Shown: positions 1 through 14,820 of the stretch, one piece after another
Numbering within the stretch: the first letter of the stretch is position 1
Layout of the letters: each line of letters opens with the position of its first letter
Source: Chrysomallon squamiferum
Taxonomy: Eukaryota; Animalia; Mollusca
Length of the DNA: 64,000 bases
NCBI GenBank assembly: GCA_012295275.1
Contig: CM022670.1
Coordinates: 9,548,001-9,612,000 of the forward strand
Direction of reading: 5' to 3'
Position numbers and translations under genes: made by a program
The notes under the pieces: generated by a model
What the model was told of the DNA's origin: nothing
The model's input: only the letters and a program-made list of their open reading frames with translations
Databases searched by the model: none

Positions 1-1086
1 AAAAAAATTCAACACCCAATGAACACTAAGAACAAAAAAGAAAAGAAAAGAAAAAAAAAAAGAAAGAAAGAAAAAAAAAAAAGAGAATAAGTAAAGAAAA
101 AAGAAAAATACGTGAAAGAAATCCAGCCACAAAATACATACACAAACCAAATACTCATCATCGTGGAGAAAAATATTAATGTTTTTAATTATTGAATAAT
201 GTATTTTTTTTTTTTTAAATAATAAATAAATAAATAACCACAACAACAACAACAAAAAGCAATCACGTTTCACTATCACTGAATGAGATTTATTTTTTCT
301 GGCCGCTGACATTTTACAAAAATCATGGCCTGCAGTAATATATTGGAATACGTCTTTGGCTACGGTCATTAATTTAATAAGAAATAAAATAACTTAAAAA
401 AAAAAAAAATAAATAAACAGCGAAGTGTAAAACAAAAACGTCTGAAGTGAAAGCAGTTTAGGATAAACAAATCTATAGATTTAAGAAATTAAATATTCTT
501 CTGTATATATTAAACATGAAATGAATTAAAAACTGTAGAAAGAAAAAACCTGTTAACAGTGTATGTCATATGGAAATAATGCGCTTTGATTTTTACACAC
601 ATTTCAAAAGGATATTGAGTTGTAAAGCATAAATTGCCAATTACAAATTGCATACGTATAAATCTCATATATACAATATCTACAATATATATATATATAT
701 ATATACTTTGTACAATGAGTGTTTAATACGATGTTAAGAGGGATGGCATGTTAATATAACTAGCTGAAAATGACGCATTATTGCAGAGGAATGTTTTAAC
801 ACATGTATTTGACGTTGTATTTTAAGTTTTACGGTTTTATTGCCTTTCAAATAAATTAGTAGAAGTTAGCTGGAAAGAAGTAATAAGCGCATAGCCAGTA
901 TTCAGTATAATGTGAGCAGATTGTCACACATCAGCTATTTGTAATGCTCTTACTGAGTGATAAAAATGTTGCTCTGTATATGAATTACGTAAAATATTTG
1001 CTTTATTTTACATATGTGTTTTTAATTTTTATTGTCTCTGTCTTATCCTACATAAACTGTTTGTGTGTTTGTTTGTCAGTCTCTTA

Positions 1087-1148
<62 letters not shown>

Positions 1149-3383
1149 CATTATTTCTAATCCAAATATTTATTTGTATACAGAATCATTGTCGCCACAA
1201 ATATCATAATCATCATTACCATCATCATCTTACTTTTTGTGCCTGTTTTTGTACAACGTAATTATCTCAATCTCTCTCTCTTTCTCTCTGTCTAGTATTT
1301 CAGTCGCATTCTATTATCAATATCATTATCTTCAGTTCTCTCTCAGCACATTGTCCTTTGTCTTTCTACATCTGTTTTCACCCTCACTGCACTTTGTCTC
1401 AATCTCTCTCTCTCTCGACCACATTGTCATATGCCTATATAAATCTGTTTTGTCGTCAAATCATCGTCATCTTTTGCTCTTCAAGGTGTTCAAAATCCAC
1501 TTTTCAAATAAACAAAGTTTTTACTTAATCCTTTCTCAGTATTTTGTTTTTGCATTGTTCGTCAAAATTCTTCACGATACATTTCTATTTCTGTCATTCT
1601 TTATTATTGTATTTTTTCCCCTTGTTGTTTCTTTTATTTTTTCGTTCATTTCATTTTTCCTTGACATTAGAAATGGGAAATGAAATAATAAATACATTTA
1701 TTTATTTTTGAGAATTTGAACGTCAATGCTGAAATTTCTTTTATCATTAAAAGAATTCTATATTTTTAATAAAGCTTGCATTGTAAAATACATCAGCAAA
1801 GAAGAATACATGAAACACATTTTGAAATAAACTTAAATATGTTTCTTTATGTAACCATAAGGGAAAGGAAATTATATTTTAATCTACTTAACGTATTTTG
1901 ATGGAATCATGCATTGTAAAGGAAGAAATAAAATAGGAAATAAAAGAAAAAGAATCAGTACAGGATATGGAACTGTGTAATTATTATTGATTTTAATGAA
2001 CAAAGCTGAGGATATATTTTTTTTTTTTTTCATTTTCAGAACGTAATTTCTATTTTAGGCATATTTACAATAGGATGTATCATTTAAGAAATGATTATTA
2101 GTAGCATTAATACTTTTTTTTGAACGTTTGTGCATTGTTTATATAATTTTCCTTGAACATTCTGTTTCATCTTCCACCCAGAATTAAAGAAGTAAAACAG
2201 CAGAAGGAAAAATATTGTCATTTTGATTTTAGAAGAAGAACTATGGCAAGATTTAACCGAGATGTAACTTGTCGCAAGATCGATCTTTTTCAGAACGCCT
2301 TTACAATTATTGCTCATTCCAGACTAGTTTATCAAAGTCCTTGGTATTTCCTGTCCTTGGCAGCTATGAATTTTCTCTTTCCTTGTCTCCATTATCCCCA
2401 ACCATTCCTTTAATTAAAAATGAGTTGGAACAGTTTTTAAACAAAATATTTCTTTCTTCCATTTTAAGAAGCAAATAAATTCTCTCCATCATTGTTACCA
2501 TCATCACCGCTCTAACACCTTTACTTATGTCCCTAACCATGACACAAAATCAGCACAATAACTATCAGTGTTATTTCAACATAGATCTTTAAAATTACAG
2601 TCATCATTACAGCCAAAATAGCCGGTTTTGTTTTCACGAAGGTCAATGTCATCATAATCCATCACCATTACAATATAATCAATGACAACTTCACCTAGCA
2701 TGTTATTTGACCAGCATGTCTAAACATATTTGAAATTTATTCATGTCGCCTGCAGTTTCTGAAACTATCATTCCTAGTGCTATGAAGAAAAATGACCTTT
2801 GAGAAGATTATAGAGGCACCTCGAGGTATTAACTATTTTAGATGTCTGCTCAATGACACTTATTAAATATTCACCAAACTCTTCTCAACAGACGACCATC
2901 AAACATTCTGGGGGTTTTCCACACTTATTGTGGTAGTCTCCAGACTAAACTCTTCAGTGTTCAGCCTCTCATAAAACTTTCCGGAAGACCTTTTCACTAA
3001 AGAAAAACAGTATGTGTAACAGAATGTCAGGAAGCAACAAGCTTTTATTTGACACGAATCAATAAACCATCGAACTGTAAGAGACATCGTGCTACCCTTT
3101 TATTTACGTCCGAGACGGCAGAATTGAGAAACGCTATTCACGAACTGAAATGCGTGTTTGACATTATGTTGTTGTTTTGTGTTGTTTTTTTATTTTTTTC
3201 GTCTGGCTTATCCCGCCATGTCGTAATCGAAGACTGAACTTCAGGAGATCTTTATGTAATACAGACCGTGTTTTTCTTCAGTGATGAACATTTTACTGAC
3301 GATATGGTAAATAGGAAGTGTCTCACTTGAATTAATCCATTACCCTGAGGTATTATTTTTCTGTAATAATAACTCCTGAATAT

Positions 3384-3385
<2 letters not shown>

Positions 3386-3470
<85 letters not shown>

Positions 3471-3578
3471 TGTACGTTCCAATCAGTTTATTGTAATTTC
3501 ACCTGTATATGAAAGATTTATGAAAGAGAGATAGAGAGAAAGACAAAGAAATACACGAAATAAGAAAGAATGTATTTT

Positions 3579-3657
<79 letters not shown>

Positions 3658-3690
3658 GAGAGACAGACAGAGAGAGAGAGAGAGTGTGTG
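3386..3690. repeat. (GA)n and (GT)n(GA)n microsatellites
   Basis: Directly visible; similar tracts at 1089-1145, 6099-6190, 10301-10398, 32661-32743 and 36574-36646. Confidence 0.95.
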
Positions 3691-4347
3691 TTTGTGTTCC
3701 ATTTCATTTCATTTTAAAGGATTAAAGTACAGAACTTAAAACTTCTTTCCCGATAATTTTCAAAACATTGAATATGTTTTTATAACGATGAAACAGAATT
3801 AAATGGAACAGACGACATGTTTTCATCTTTCCTGAATCATCAATTTAAGAAAAAAGAAGAAAAAAAGCCCAACCAGTTATTCAGGCCTTTGTGTTTCTTC
3901 TTGACGTTACTATTTCTCTTCTACTAATCATTCGTTTGACCTTCCTGTTCAGCTGCAGCTTAAGAATCAATTAAGCCAAATTCAAACATTACCCCCAAAA
4001 CAATCGTATGTTAATGACATTACTGCTATATAATTATTCCCGACAAAGAAAAATTGACGTATTTTTAATGACACATCGGGTTACCATCGGTTGATCGCTT
4101 TAAGATCGAGATAAGAAGCACACGAAGACAAAGCAATGTTAGTTTAATAACAGTTCTAATAAAGAAATTTTAATCAGCAGGTTTATTCAGATGTTTATGG
4201 AAATATTTATGGGTCACCAAAAATATCTGTTTATTTAGCAGCCTAATAATAATGAACGGATGAATGAAAAAGAAAATAACTGTAAAACAAGATAAAGGAA
4301 TGAAAAAAACTAATCAAACATTAAAATGTTAAAGAAAAGAAGAAAAA

Positions 4348-4381
<34 letters not shown>

Positions 4382-5492
4382 AAAACAAAACAAAACAAAA
4401 ACAAAAAAAAAAACATCGACAAAACAAAACAATTATTTTTGAGAAATTCAGCTTTGTCAAAAGGAAGAAAGAAAGGGAAAAAAGATTTTAAAAAATGCCC
4501 CATTAATTCCTTTTCAGTACTGTAACAGTTATGATGAAATATCTGTGTAACATAACATCAACATAGCATTGCAGGTTTTAAAAAAAATGCCATTGTAAGA
4601 GGATCAGTGACGATCGCTCGTAAATCATTAATGATATCGATTCATATGTTGTAAATATTTTCTGTTTCACCTCTTGCCAACATGGCTGGTTTCAGGCCAA
4701 GCTCATTTACCACACTTGTCCGCTGATGAAAAGGTCGCCGATTGAATTTACGCTAATTCACCGAATAACAAAGATACTTCAAAATACGTTTTGTAAGAGT
4801 AATTAACCAAAGAACATGAAATACGCGTGTGGGTATGCGTCAGTTCTTGCCAGTTTTTCTACATCAACTTTTCCTTTTTATTTAATGCTATCTCGAAAAA
4901 AAAAAATCAACGTTATTTTTCTGGAAGTTTTTCTTATTTAATTGACACTACTTGTGTTTTCACTACTACTCCTACTGCTATTAGTACTACTACTACTAGC
5001 ACCACCTCTATTCTTCTTCTTCTTCGTCTTATTATTATTATTATTATTATTATTATCATCATTCTTCTTCTTATTATTACTATTATTGTTATTATTAACC
5101 CTTTTTCATTTTTATTAAGCATTTGAATGGTATTTATTTAAATGGTTCCTGCCAGAGTCCGGGTGATCAAGGCTATCACTGGTGCGGTCGTGAAATAACT
5201 AAAATCTCGTTACTCCGCATGAGACAATTAGTTGGCTGTATAATGTAATGAACAGAACGAACACAAATTTAATTACAGTTGTAAAACGAGCATCCCGCCT
5301 CAAGCTTTATTATAGATAACTAAATTTGCTTTACTTTTCCCAACAAAAACAACTTTATTTCATTTTAGTCAAAAGGTTTTAGTAGTACTGCTAAATTCCT
5401 TTGTTTAATAGACATACACACTCACACACACTGTATATGCAAAACTGTATATACAAATACAAGTTACGTACGTACATACATACATACATACA

Positions 5493-5526
<34 letters not shown>

Positions 5527-6093
5527 AATACACACATACATACATATTTACTTACTTATATATAATTTTTTCTTATATAGTTTAACTGTCAGTATTTGAG
5601 GTCTTATACACTAATAATGTAGAGAGTAATGTACACTTGTACTCTCAGTTAGTAAAAATTATATTTATACAAGTGAGATTGAGTTTCCTGAGATGTGGCT
5701 ATATTTAGATAAAATGTATAGATTTTTCTTAGTGATGAATTCTAGATATAACAATAGCTGAAAATTATGTTTTATCCCCAAGCCAATAGTCGACACTGAA
5801 AGAGAAATAAGGTGAAATAAGTCATTTTGTCTGCGTTGAATAAGAGACATTTGCCTTTGTTTGAAGACGCTATTTTATAAATGGGAATGAGAAGTCAATT
5901 GAGACAAATATGCTGAGAGTTCAGTCACCTGTTCTGTGATAACGATTACCTGTCGAAAGTAGAAAAAACTAAATACAATATACTTGATTTAATAGAAAAG
6001 GCTATAAGGGATTCTATGTGTGCGAGCACATGTTTGTGTGTGTGAGAGAAAGAAAGAATGAGAGAAGAAGTGATAGATAAGTAGAGTGAGCTG

Positions 6094-6192
<99 letters not shown>

Positions 6193-9100
6193 TGTATTAG
6201 AAATACCAAACATATCTACACAGAAGGGACTGAGTCTTGCACATCCTTTTGGTGTGAACCTCTTCGAGTTCCCAAAGTGTCAGTACCCCAAGTAAGTTGC
6301 CATTTTGTGAAGATACTTATGTTAATGTACAGACTGAGGGTAGAATAGGTTTACATTTTGTTTCTTAGTCTCTGACCAGGGTTCTCTACTAAATTTATTT
6401 CATATAGAAACAGTTTCGATAATCAAACAACGTATTCTTCTGATCACAATGCCAATTTCTGTTGTTGTATTTTTCGTTTTTTGTCTTCCACCACTTGAAA
6501 TTGTAAAATCAAAATGAAAACAATTTTTTAAAAATCAATAGATTTTGGTTATTACAAAACATAGAATACATCGTTTTGAGCGAGTCTTCATGGATGTAAA
6601 ATATGCATATGTTTTAAACTACAAACTCGCCTTAATATACATCTGGACCTGAGCTTTGTCTAATATAGTTACTTCATCCATCTGTACTTTCCACAGTACA
6701 CGAATAACAATTACTTTATATTCCGAAAAAGAATTGCGAAAAAATCTTTTCGATCGTTTCAGTTCCATATTCCCAGATGGTCAAATCGCATTATCGTCAT
6801 TATTAATTTATTTTCCTCCGATTTCTACACCCAGATGTCTGTCAATATCGAGGATGGAACACTTCTGCCGAAAACGATTAAAAGGTTCATATTTTCTGTA
6901 GGAGAATTGCTTGAACGGCTGCATAAATTTAATTTTGTCACAAAAATAAAATAAAAAATAAGATTAACAGATACAAAGGAGAATATAAATATATCTCTAT
7001 TAAGCTTAATTTACGACTTTGCATATACAGTTTTAATTTAGTTGTTGTAAAGGTTATTAAACCTGCTCTTCTTAACCTTGGCGTTCTTTTTCTTCGCTTT
7101 TTTTTTTTTTTTATCTTCCATGTTGTTGTTGGTATTTTATTAGGATGAGTCAACAAGCAAGCGGTCAGAGATGTATCAACACATTTTTTTCTGTGAACTG
7201 TTTTTAGATTTCAGACGCTGTTATTTGTATCATGATGGCATGAGAGAGAAACCCTACTACCATCATTCCGTTTAACGCATTAGTTGTAGTGTATCATTTA
7301 TATACAGTAGCCATTCATTTAAAAAAAAAAAAAAAAACTTAAATAAATAAATCAAACTTTAAACGTATTGTTCAGAACGGGAAATAGGTTAATGGGAACA
7401 CAACTGAGGACTGACTTTATAACTATTATGCTTCTGATCTATGTCCTAATCACTAAGCCACATTTATTCAAGTATATATTTGTGATAAACTTCTGTATTA
7501 TCTAACACTTTCAGTTTTGTAAACGATTAATGATCAATAATTATCTCTCTGAAAAACAGAATGTAACCGAATTTAAAGTATCTACATATGTTTATGCATT
7601 CAACAGTAAGCTACATTTTCATCACAACATAGATGATGTTGTTGGTTTTTTCTTTTTCTTCTTTGTTTTTCTTCTTCTTATTTTTGTTTTGTTTTTGTTA
7701 TTTGGTTCTTTATTTATTGTTGTTGTTGCTGTTATTATCTTTTTTCCACTGTACAGTTATTATCGCCTATAAAATAACCAGGCCTACACTTCACAAACAT
7801 GTTTATTTAATTGCGTTTAAATGCCATAGAAATTATACGGTAAAAACAAAACAAAAACAACAACAATGTTTTATCTTAAAAAAAACAAAAACAAAAAAAA
7901 CAACAACAACAACGAAAAAAATGGTGTCAGTTTAACAATTTCTGTTAATGCGATACCTGCTGTGTCGATAACTCTTCTTTCTGAAAGTACGAAAACTTCA
8001 CAATTACGGAAATGACGATCGATCGTTGTTTGGTAACTGTAGAAGACCTGGCCCCCGCAGAGCTAAACCCGATGCACATCAGACCCGTGTTCCGTGGTAG
8101 GTTTTGTTGATCTACGTCTCATTAGTCCTCGGCACGTTTCTGCTCAGTGATAACCGGTAGCAGGATGTTCTTTTGGCATAATACCATCGTCTTATTATTG
8201 TTGTATGCGAGCTTAACATAGAAACGATTCATTATCTTTTTTTTCACTACGAAGTGTTCGGAAAAGATTTAAATATGTATATATAAAATATGAAGAAAAA
8301 AGAAACAAGAGTGTACCAAAAGTTAGTTTTGTGGGGGGAAAATAATGAGAATAGTTTTCAGGATATTTCTAATTTACGAAAGATATTTTTCAATACAAGT
8401 TGGTCATATGTTTACTAAATAATAATGACGAACATGATGATGATGATAAATTATGAATACCAACCTATTTATCTATATTTACATACGATGAGTCATTTAT
8501 AAAATTGTTAGTTGTTATTGGCACATGTTGTTAAAAAAAAAAATCAGATAATTCCCATAAGGCTCTTAACGTTTTTGTTTTAATAAATAATTCTTAAATA
8601 CCAGTACCTGTTCTAATCAGTAAAATACAAAACAGACACAAGGTTATTACTTGATTTTAATGAATATGTCTAAAAGATTATTATGTTGGTTTTTTTATTT
8701 TTTGCAAAAGAAGTTTTAAGATTAATTCTTGTTGACGTAGAATGCAGAATATACGTAATTAAATGGACAATAAATGTTTAACTATATCTTAATACATTTT
8801 AATGTTAACATTTATTAGTTGTTTCCATTTCTTTCTTTCTTTTTCTTCTTGGCTGTATTTATGAGAGAAGAAATCGCTGCCGCCACAACGTGCAATATTC
8901 ATAACTATTAGAAGCAAAAAGATATGTAATATGATCCTCATGGAATGTTTTAAAAAGTCTATTTCATCTTGATAGATACAAGCACTCTTTTCCATTGCAG
9001 AAATGCTAGATCTGTCCATGCCACTTTTCCTAATTAATTTACATCGACACATTGCAATGTTTTCCTCTTAATTTACAGCAACTCATTAAATTCCTCGTCG

Positions 9101-9729
9101 TCCTAAACGAATGAACTTGTTTTCTGAAGGTTCATGCTTTCTCTCTGGTAAATGGAAATGAATATATGATGATCTGCAGAACCATAGTGGGTAGGTGCCA
9201 CATCAAGATAACTCTATTACACTTTCTACCAACGGATTAAGAAATACAATAATTATACTGCATAGAGGTCCCACAGGACTTTAGCATCACGTCTGTGAAT
9301 TTGGAGAGTGTTTGGTGAATGTTGTAGCCGTTCATTATATATCCGAGCACTCGAAATTGATTTAATAGTACATTCTACTAATTATTTTCCTGAAGGTCAG
9401 TTTACAAACAGAGATGATCTAGAAATTTTAATGTCGTTTGAGATATACATGACAAAGTTCAGATCACATGTGCATTTGCAAGAAAATTTACATCCCGTAA
9501 AAAAAAAGAGATATTTAGGAAGTATATAGTTAATGTTGCAGATTACTTCTAATGTACGTTACAAAAATAAACATCATATATTTATTATTAGAAACGTTTT
9601 TAATAGATATTCTTGATAACGAGAGTCGCTTCTGCTGTACATATTTGAGTGATGTCTTCACAGACAGGACAAATGACTTGTGAAATCAATAAAACTGAGA
9701 AAAAAATTTGTTTACTTGTCCTTAAGGTG

Positions 9730-9788
<59 letters not shown>

Positions 9789-10297
9789 GAATCTTTCCTC
9801 TTGGAAAATCAATAAAAACAATCTTTAAAAATAATACTCAGGGCAATTTAATACAAGCCAGTATTACTTAACTAATTTCATTGTTTCTCACTAACACGTT
9901 AATAACTGGCATTAGGACATTACTGTTTTGTACGCCGAACACGTATTTAACAGATCTGACGCACAGTGTTTCTCGACTGCTCCTGCTGCCTGTGAAATGT
10001 AACATACTCTTGCCTGTTTTTTTTAGTCAGAAGAGATGCATCGAGTGAAAAGTTCTTCTATTTCCTTCCAAACGATATTTATTACTTTCTTTTTTCTTTC
10101 CTTTTGTACTAAAACCGTTTCATTGTGAAATGAATATCAATCACAGTGAAGACTCTCTCGCTTTTTATCCACACACACTGAAATAGCCTCACCTCAGTCC
10201 TGGATCAGTCCCTGACTTTATGTTCATTTTTTATTATTTATTATTATTATTATTTCATTCTTAATCATTCCGAAACAAGACAAATGCCTTTTATATG

Positions 10298-10395
<98 letters not shown>

Positions 10396-10512
10396 TCTCC
10401 AATTACCAGTATCGTAAATCGAATACAAGGCAAGTGAATGAACGTGTATTTGTTTAACTGCCGTTTTGTTGTTAGCAGCTATTGGTATTCTGACGTTATT
10501 TAATTGTATAAT

Positions 10513-10690
10513 AATGCGAGAGAGGAAACCCTCTGTGGGACACTACGGGCCACGCTTATCAATTAGTAGAAGCAAGGGATCTGTTTTATACACTTTCCTA
10601 TAGGCATAAAAACTCATATCAAATGTTGATAAACCGGAGCTGAGACCTGGGGATGAAATAGGAAATATCCAAACTGGTCCTTTGAGGAGA
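10513..10690. mobile_element. decayed SINE-like interspersed repeat; related fragments near 7242, 8862, 11620, 26590, 28545, 39660
   Basis: Shared motifs within the window (gagagaggaaacc; aggatcaatcctc; cacgg/cagcctttga..cagtc). Resembles an abundant gastropod repeat as I recall it; not verified by search. Confidence 0.45.
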
Positions 10691-12272
10691 AATAATGACG
10701 AGTCCACATGACGAAAGATAATGGAAAAATAATTACTGTTTTTATTATTATTTAAGGTGGAATATAATACACAACAAATGGGAAATAACGTTCTTCATGG
10801 CTGAACATTACAATACTGGAAATTGTAGGAAATCGTATAAATAGATGCAGAATTCTGGTCTTAAACTGTCATTGTCAGTTATTCTACTTTCACATATTTT
10901 GTTTTAACGATCAGAGTAGGGAATATATATTAATTTTAATATGATGAAATGACAATGCAAACCTTGCAGTCTCTCAGTTTTCCAAGCCAAAGGAAGTAAA
11001 AGAGAAATACAAGTGGGAATAACATCAATGAATAAAAATGAGCAGCAAATTCTAGCCCGTTTAAAAACACTGGATTGGTTCGATAATTTTATTTTTTTTG
11101 ATTGGTTTACTTTCAAGAAGAATCGATTTGTATAAAACACTGTTTTGCTTTGCTTCTCTGAATAATGATATATACAACAACTTACATTATCAAACATAAT
11201 CACCGAGAATGAATTCCACTGATCATATTTGTAATTACGTCAAAAGATCATTTTTAGATAGATATCTGTGAAGAATTCGTTTACTATGAAACATGTTTAA
11301 ATCGCATCATCATAAACACATTTTTTTTTTTCTAAAGTAGAAAATATACAATGGATAACACCATCCAGCATATTTTCCAAGTTCAGATTCCATTTATCAT
11401 GTATATGATTGTGTGGAATGGCTGTTTTATAGATGTCTTATACCGCCAAACACAATCAGGAAGAACGGAATAATCAGATTTAACTGGAAACGCGCTAGAT
11501 GAAACGAGGAGACAAGATAGTATTTGTATTCGATTTGCCCGTTCTCACTTGTTTACTCAGTGCTAGCTGAGAAGAGAGCTTTAGCTTATTCGTAAAGTAT
11601 TAGCCTATGGAGCACTGGCTCAGAGGATCAATCCTCCATAGTAAGTTCATTATGATACTTCTTGTTACAGCCTGTGTGACAAAAAACAACAACAACAACT
11701 TGATGTTCGCTTTGCTGCCTACGTGATATAAAAGATACCTTTCTTTTTGCTAACTGAGACTATTCGAATTTATGTTCTTCCATTTCGGTTTTGGTCATTC
11801 CTTTCACCTCCACACCCTCCCCCGTTAGATAATTCCATAAGAGAAATGAACTTGATTTAAAACGGATGACAGTTTAACATTTTTTCAGTATCATCCAGGA
11901 ATGATGTTAGTAAAGATACGCGGGGGAAAAGATTTAAAAAAAAAAAAAAAACAACAACAGATAGACCCATATATACGTGATGGAACTAACCAATGACATC
12001 AGAATGGTATTTTGTGTCCCAGGAGGGTACATTATTTTCAGAGATATCGATACATATTGTGTCATATAACAGTGTTTTGCTATTTAAAATTGCCATTTCA
12101 TATCGTTTCGAGACAGGTTGTCAAACGGCTCATTAAACAAAATCTTTTTATTAATCATTTTCTGTGAAATAACTTCGTTTGCTAATATAGGAATTGTGTT
12201 AAAAACTAAGAGGAAATTTACATAATATGTATTATTAGTATCGCTGTTATGAGCTGGGATGGTAGGAATGAC

Positions 12273-12535
12273 TGTATATATGTGTGTGTATGTATGTATG
12301 TGTGTGAGTGTGTGAATATATTTATGTGTGTATGTGTCTGCGTGTGTGTATATATGTACGTATATATATGTGTATGTATATGTTTTTGCATATTTGCGTG
12401 TGTATATGCATGTACGTACGTATGTTCGTATGTATGTATGTATGTATGTATGTATATATGTATGTGCATATGTAGTATGTATGTACGTATGTGTCTGTAT
12501 GTGTGTACGTGTATATGTCTTTAGGTATGTGTCTA
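12273..12535. repeat. compound (TG/TA/TATG)n microsatellite
   Basis: Directly visible; similar tracts at 14130-14390, 16740-16920 and 22850-22985. Confidence 0.9.
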
Positions 12536-14210
12536 TATTCACCCGCATATTTATATATTCCAAAGAACATTAAAAGCAACTTAGCAGATTACTTTTTACT
12601 GAAAATGTTTTTAGTTTTTTTTTTTTTTTTTTTATTATTATAAATACAGTAACATTAAAGAGCTGAAAAATCTTTAATTTTTTAATTAAGTGTTAATCCG
12701 AGTTACACGATTACTTCTGCCTTGTCCCAGCAAAGATCTATATATTAATAATATTCCATTGTGAATCCGTGACAGTAATAAAGGCTTGAGATGTGTGGGA
12801 CTTTATTCATCGCGTTCTTTTCCGCACTAACAGTTAAAGGAAAATAAACGTATCCCAGTGGAGATATATATATTTTTTTCAATTCCATTGATTGAACTGA
12901 ACGATATTCTTGGATGCTAGAAGACGTGATGTGAAAAACATCACACAAAAACAAACCCCCCAAAAAAAAAAAAAAGCATGAATGTTAATATATCAAGATG
13001 TTGTACAAAATGATCATTTCATTAAATATGCAGGATTATCTTCAAGTTTGCAAATACCACATGGGAATTAACTTTCATGTTTCAATGAAGAACAATATTA
13101 AAATTATAATTGCCTGTTCTGGTTCAGCGCTAAGAATTATAGATAGGATAAATTGATTTTTCGAAACGCTTTTGAATCTTTTGGGAACTATTCTATCTGT
13201 TTTCAAGGTCGTTAATAAGTATTGCTAGGACTTCACCACTTTCCTAGATATTTATTTAGGTAAGGAATCTTTAGTTAAAGTCGATATCGTGTCTAGATGC
13301 GTAACCATTTAAATAAAGACGATAGAATGTTTTTATTATGAGGTAATATAACTAGGCTTACAGAATTTCACCAAATCGAATTGGCGCCAAAATTATGGTG
13401 GACATAACCTTCATTATGGTGGAAATGAATTTCACTGTATAGAAAATAAAATCAGTCAGCACACTCACACACACACAAAAAAAATAATAAAATAAAATAA
13501 AACCCCACCAAAACCGCTCCTATTTTGTCTCACAATCTCTCTAAATTTGAACGAGCAAAAAATTAATTAAATAAAAAAGAAGCTACTTATTCTCTTCTCC
13601 GCCCTTACAGACGTGCTTCTATGCATTGATTCAAATTATTTTGAAACACTATACAGTATGCATGCATGATTAATTTATTATAATTACTCAACATTCAGAT
13701 TCGGTTCGGATCTGAAATGTTAAACAAATAGTGGAAACGTTCTAATTTTATCCACCAGCGAAACTGTAACGAGCGTTTAAAATCTTGACAAACAAAAAGG
13801 GATTTAAGACTGATTTCACGTGGAGAACTGTTATAAATATAGCGTTCTGGAAAATCAATTTTATCTAAATGCAGTTAATATAAGCATCATATTATAGGTG
13901 TTTATGAATTATTGATAATACATATCTAATTTCTTTTCAAGTTTTATAACACAAATGGGAATGGTATACTTTTAATGGTATGTATGTATGTATGTATGTA
14001 TGTATATATATGAAAATTCTTTTATCTTATTTACGTCTGATTACACTTTGCATTGGCACAGGAGGACGAAACTCAATCACAACTTCACGAATATTAGTTA
14101 TATACTTTCTTTATTTACCACAAATAAAAGTATGTATGAATATGTATGTTTGTGTGTATAATGTATGTACGTATGAGTATGTATATATATATATATATAT
14201 ATAGAGGTTT

Positions 14211-14282
<72 letters not shown>

Positions 14283-14334
14283 TTTATGTATATATGTATA
14301 TTTAAACATCTTTTTAGGCAAATGTATGTATATA

Positions 14335-14375
<41 letters not shown>

Positions 14376-14469
14376 TTGTGTGTGTGTGTTTAGTTAGATA
14401 GATAGATATATATGTATATGTAGGCATGTACGCAAGTATGTCTGTTTGTAATGAAACTATCCTTTTAGT

Positions 14470-14820
14470 CTTACGTCCAAACAGCCTACGATGTGTTATC
14501 TTGCTCAAACACCTGGCAGAAGTCATAGAGAGGACAACACGTCGATAAACGAATCATCATTCGACATCGATCTGACCGGCAGTACAGTTAACTGCTCAGG
14601 TCGGATATACGCGGGATCTGTGAGGTAATTGCGGTTTAAAACTGATTGGCAGGACTCGCACGTCGTGTCACTAATGTTACCTCTAAGTCAGAGTATTAAG
14701 GAAAACATCTGCTCTCGTCCCCGAGGTCGCAGTCTTTGACTCGGAGGTTTCACTGAGACAACAACGTTATTTTCGTTTCAAAGTCGGATCAAGACATTTG
14801 TAAGGTTCAATATGATGTAA
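14470..14820 (+). promoter_or_regulatory. candidate promoter / non-coding 5' exon region of the Cys-loop gene
   Basis: Island of higher GC and CpG between microsatellites, 2.3 kb upstream of the ATG exon, ending in gtaagg donor-like motifs (14800, 14817). The ATG exon has an acceptor, implying an upstream UTR exon. Confidence 0.25.

Noticed and set aside
1237-1683. 148-aa hydrophobic ORF
   Set aside because: Non-ATG start, T-rich low-complexity composition, no family motif and no splice support.
3252-6295. ORFs with SLSLSL / ERERER runs (also at 10224, 25729-26095, 49772, 57690-58573)
   Set aside because: They are translations of (GA/CT)n microsatellites.
8040-8180. GC-richer island that might be an RNA gene or exon
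   Set aside because: No tRNA, snRNA or rRNA motifs and no convincing splice pair or ORF; cannot be supported.
12084-14526. His/Thr/Tyr- and Val/Cys-rich ORFs (also at 16576, 22798-23057, 45656-46060)
   Set aside because: They are translations of (CA/TA/TATG)n repeats.
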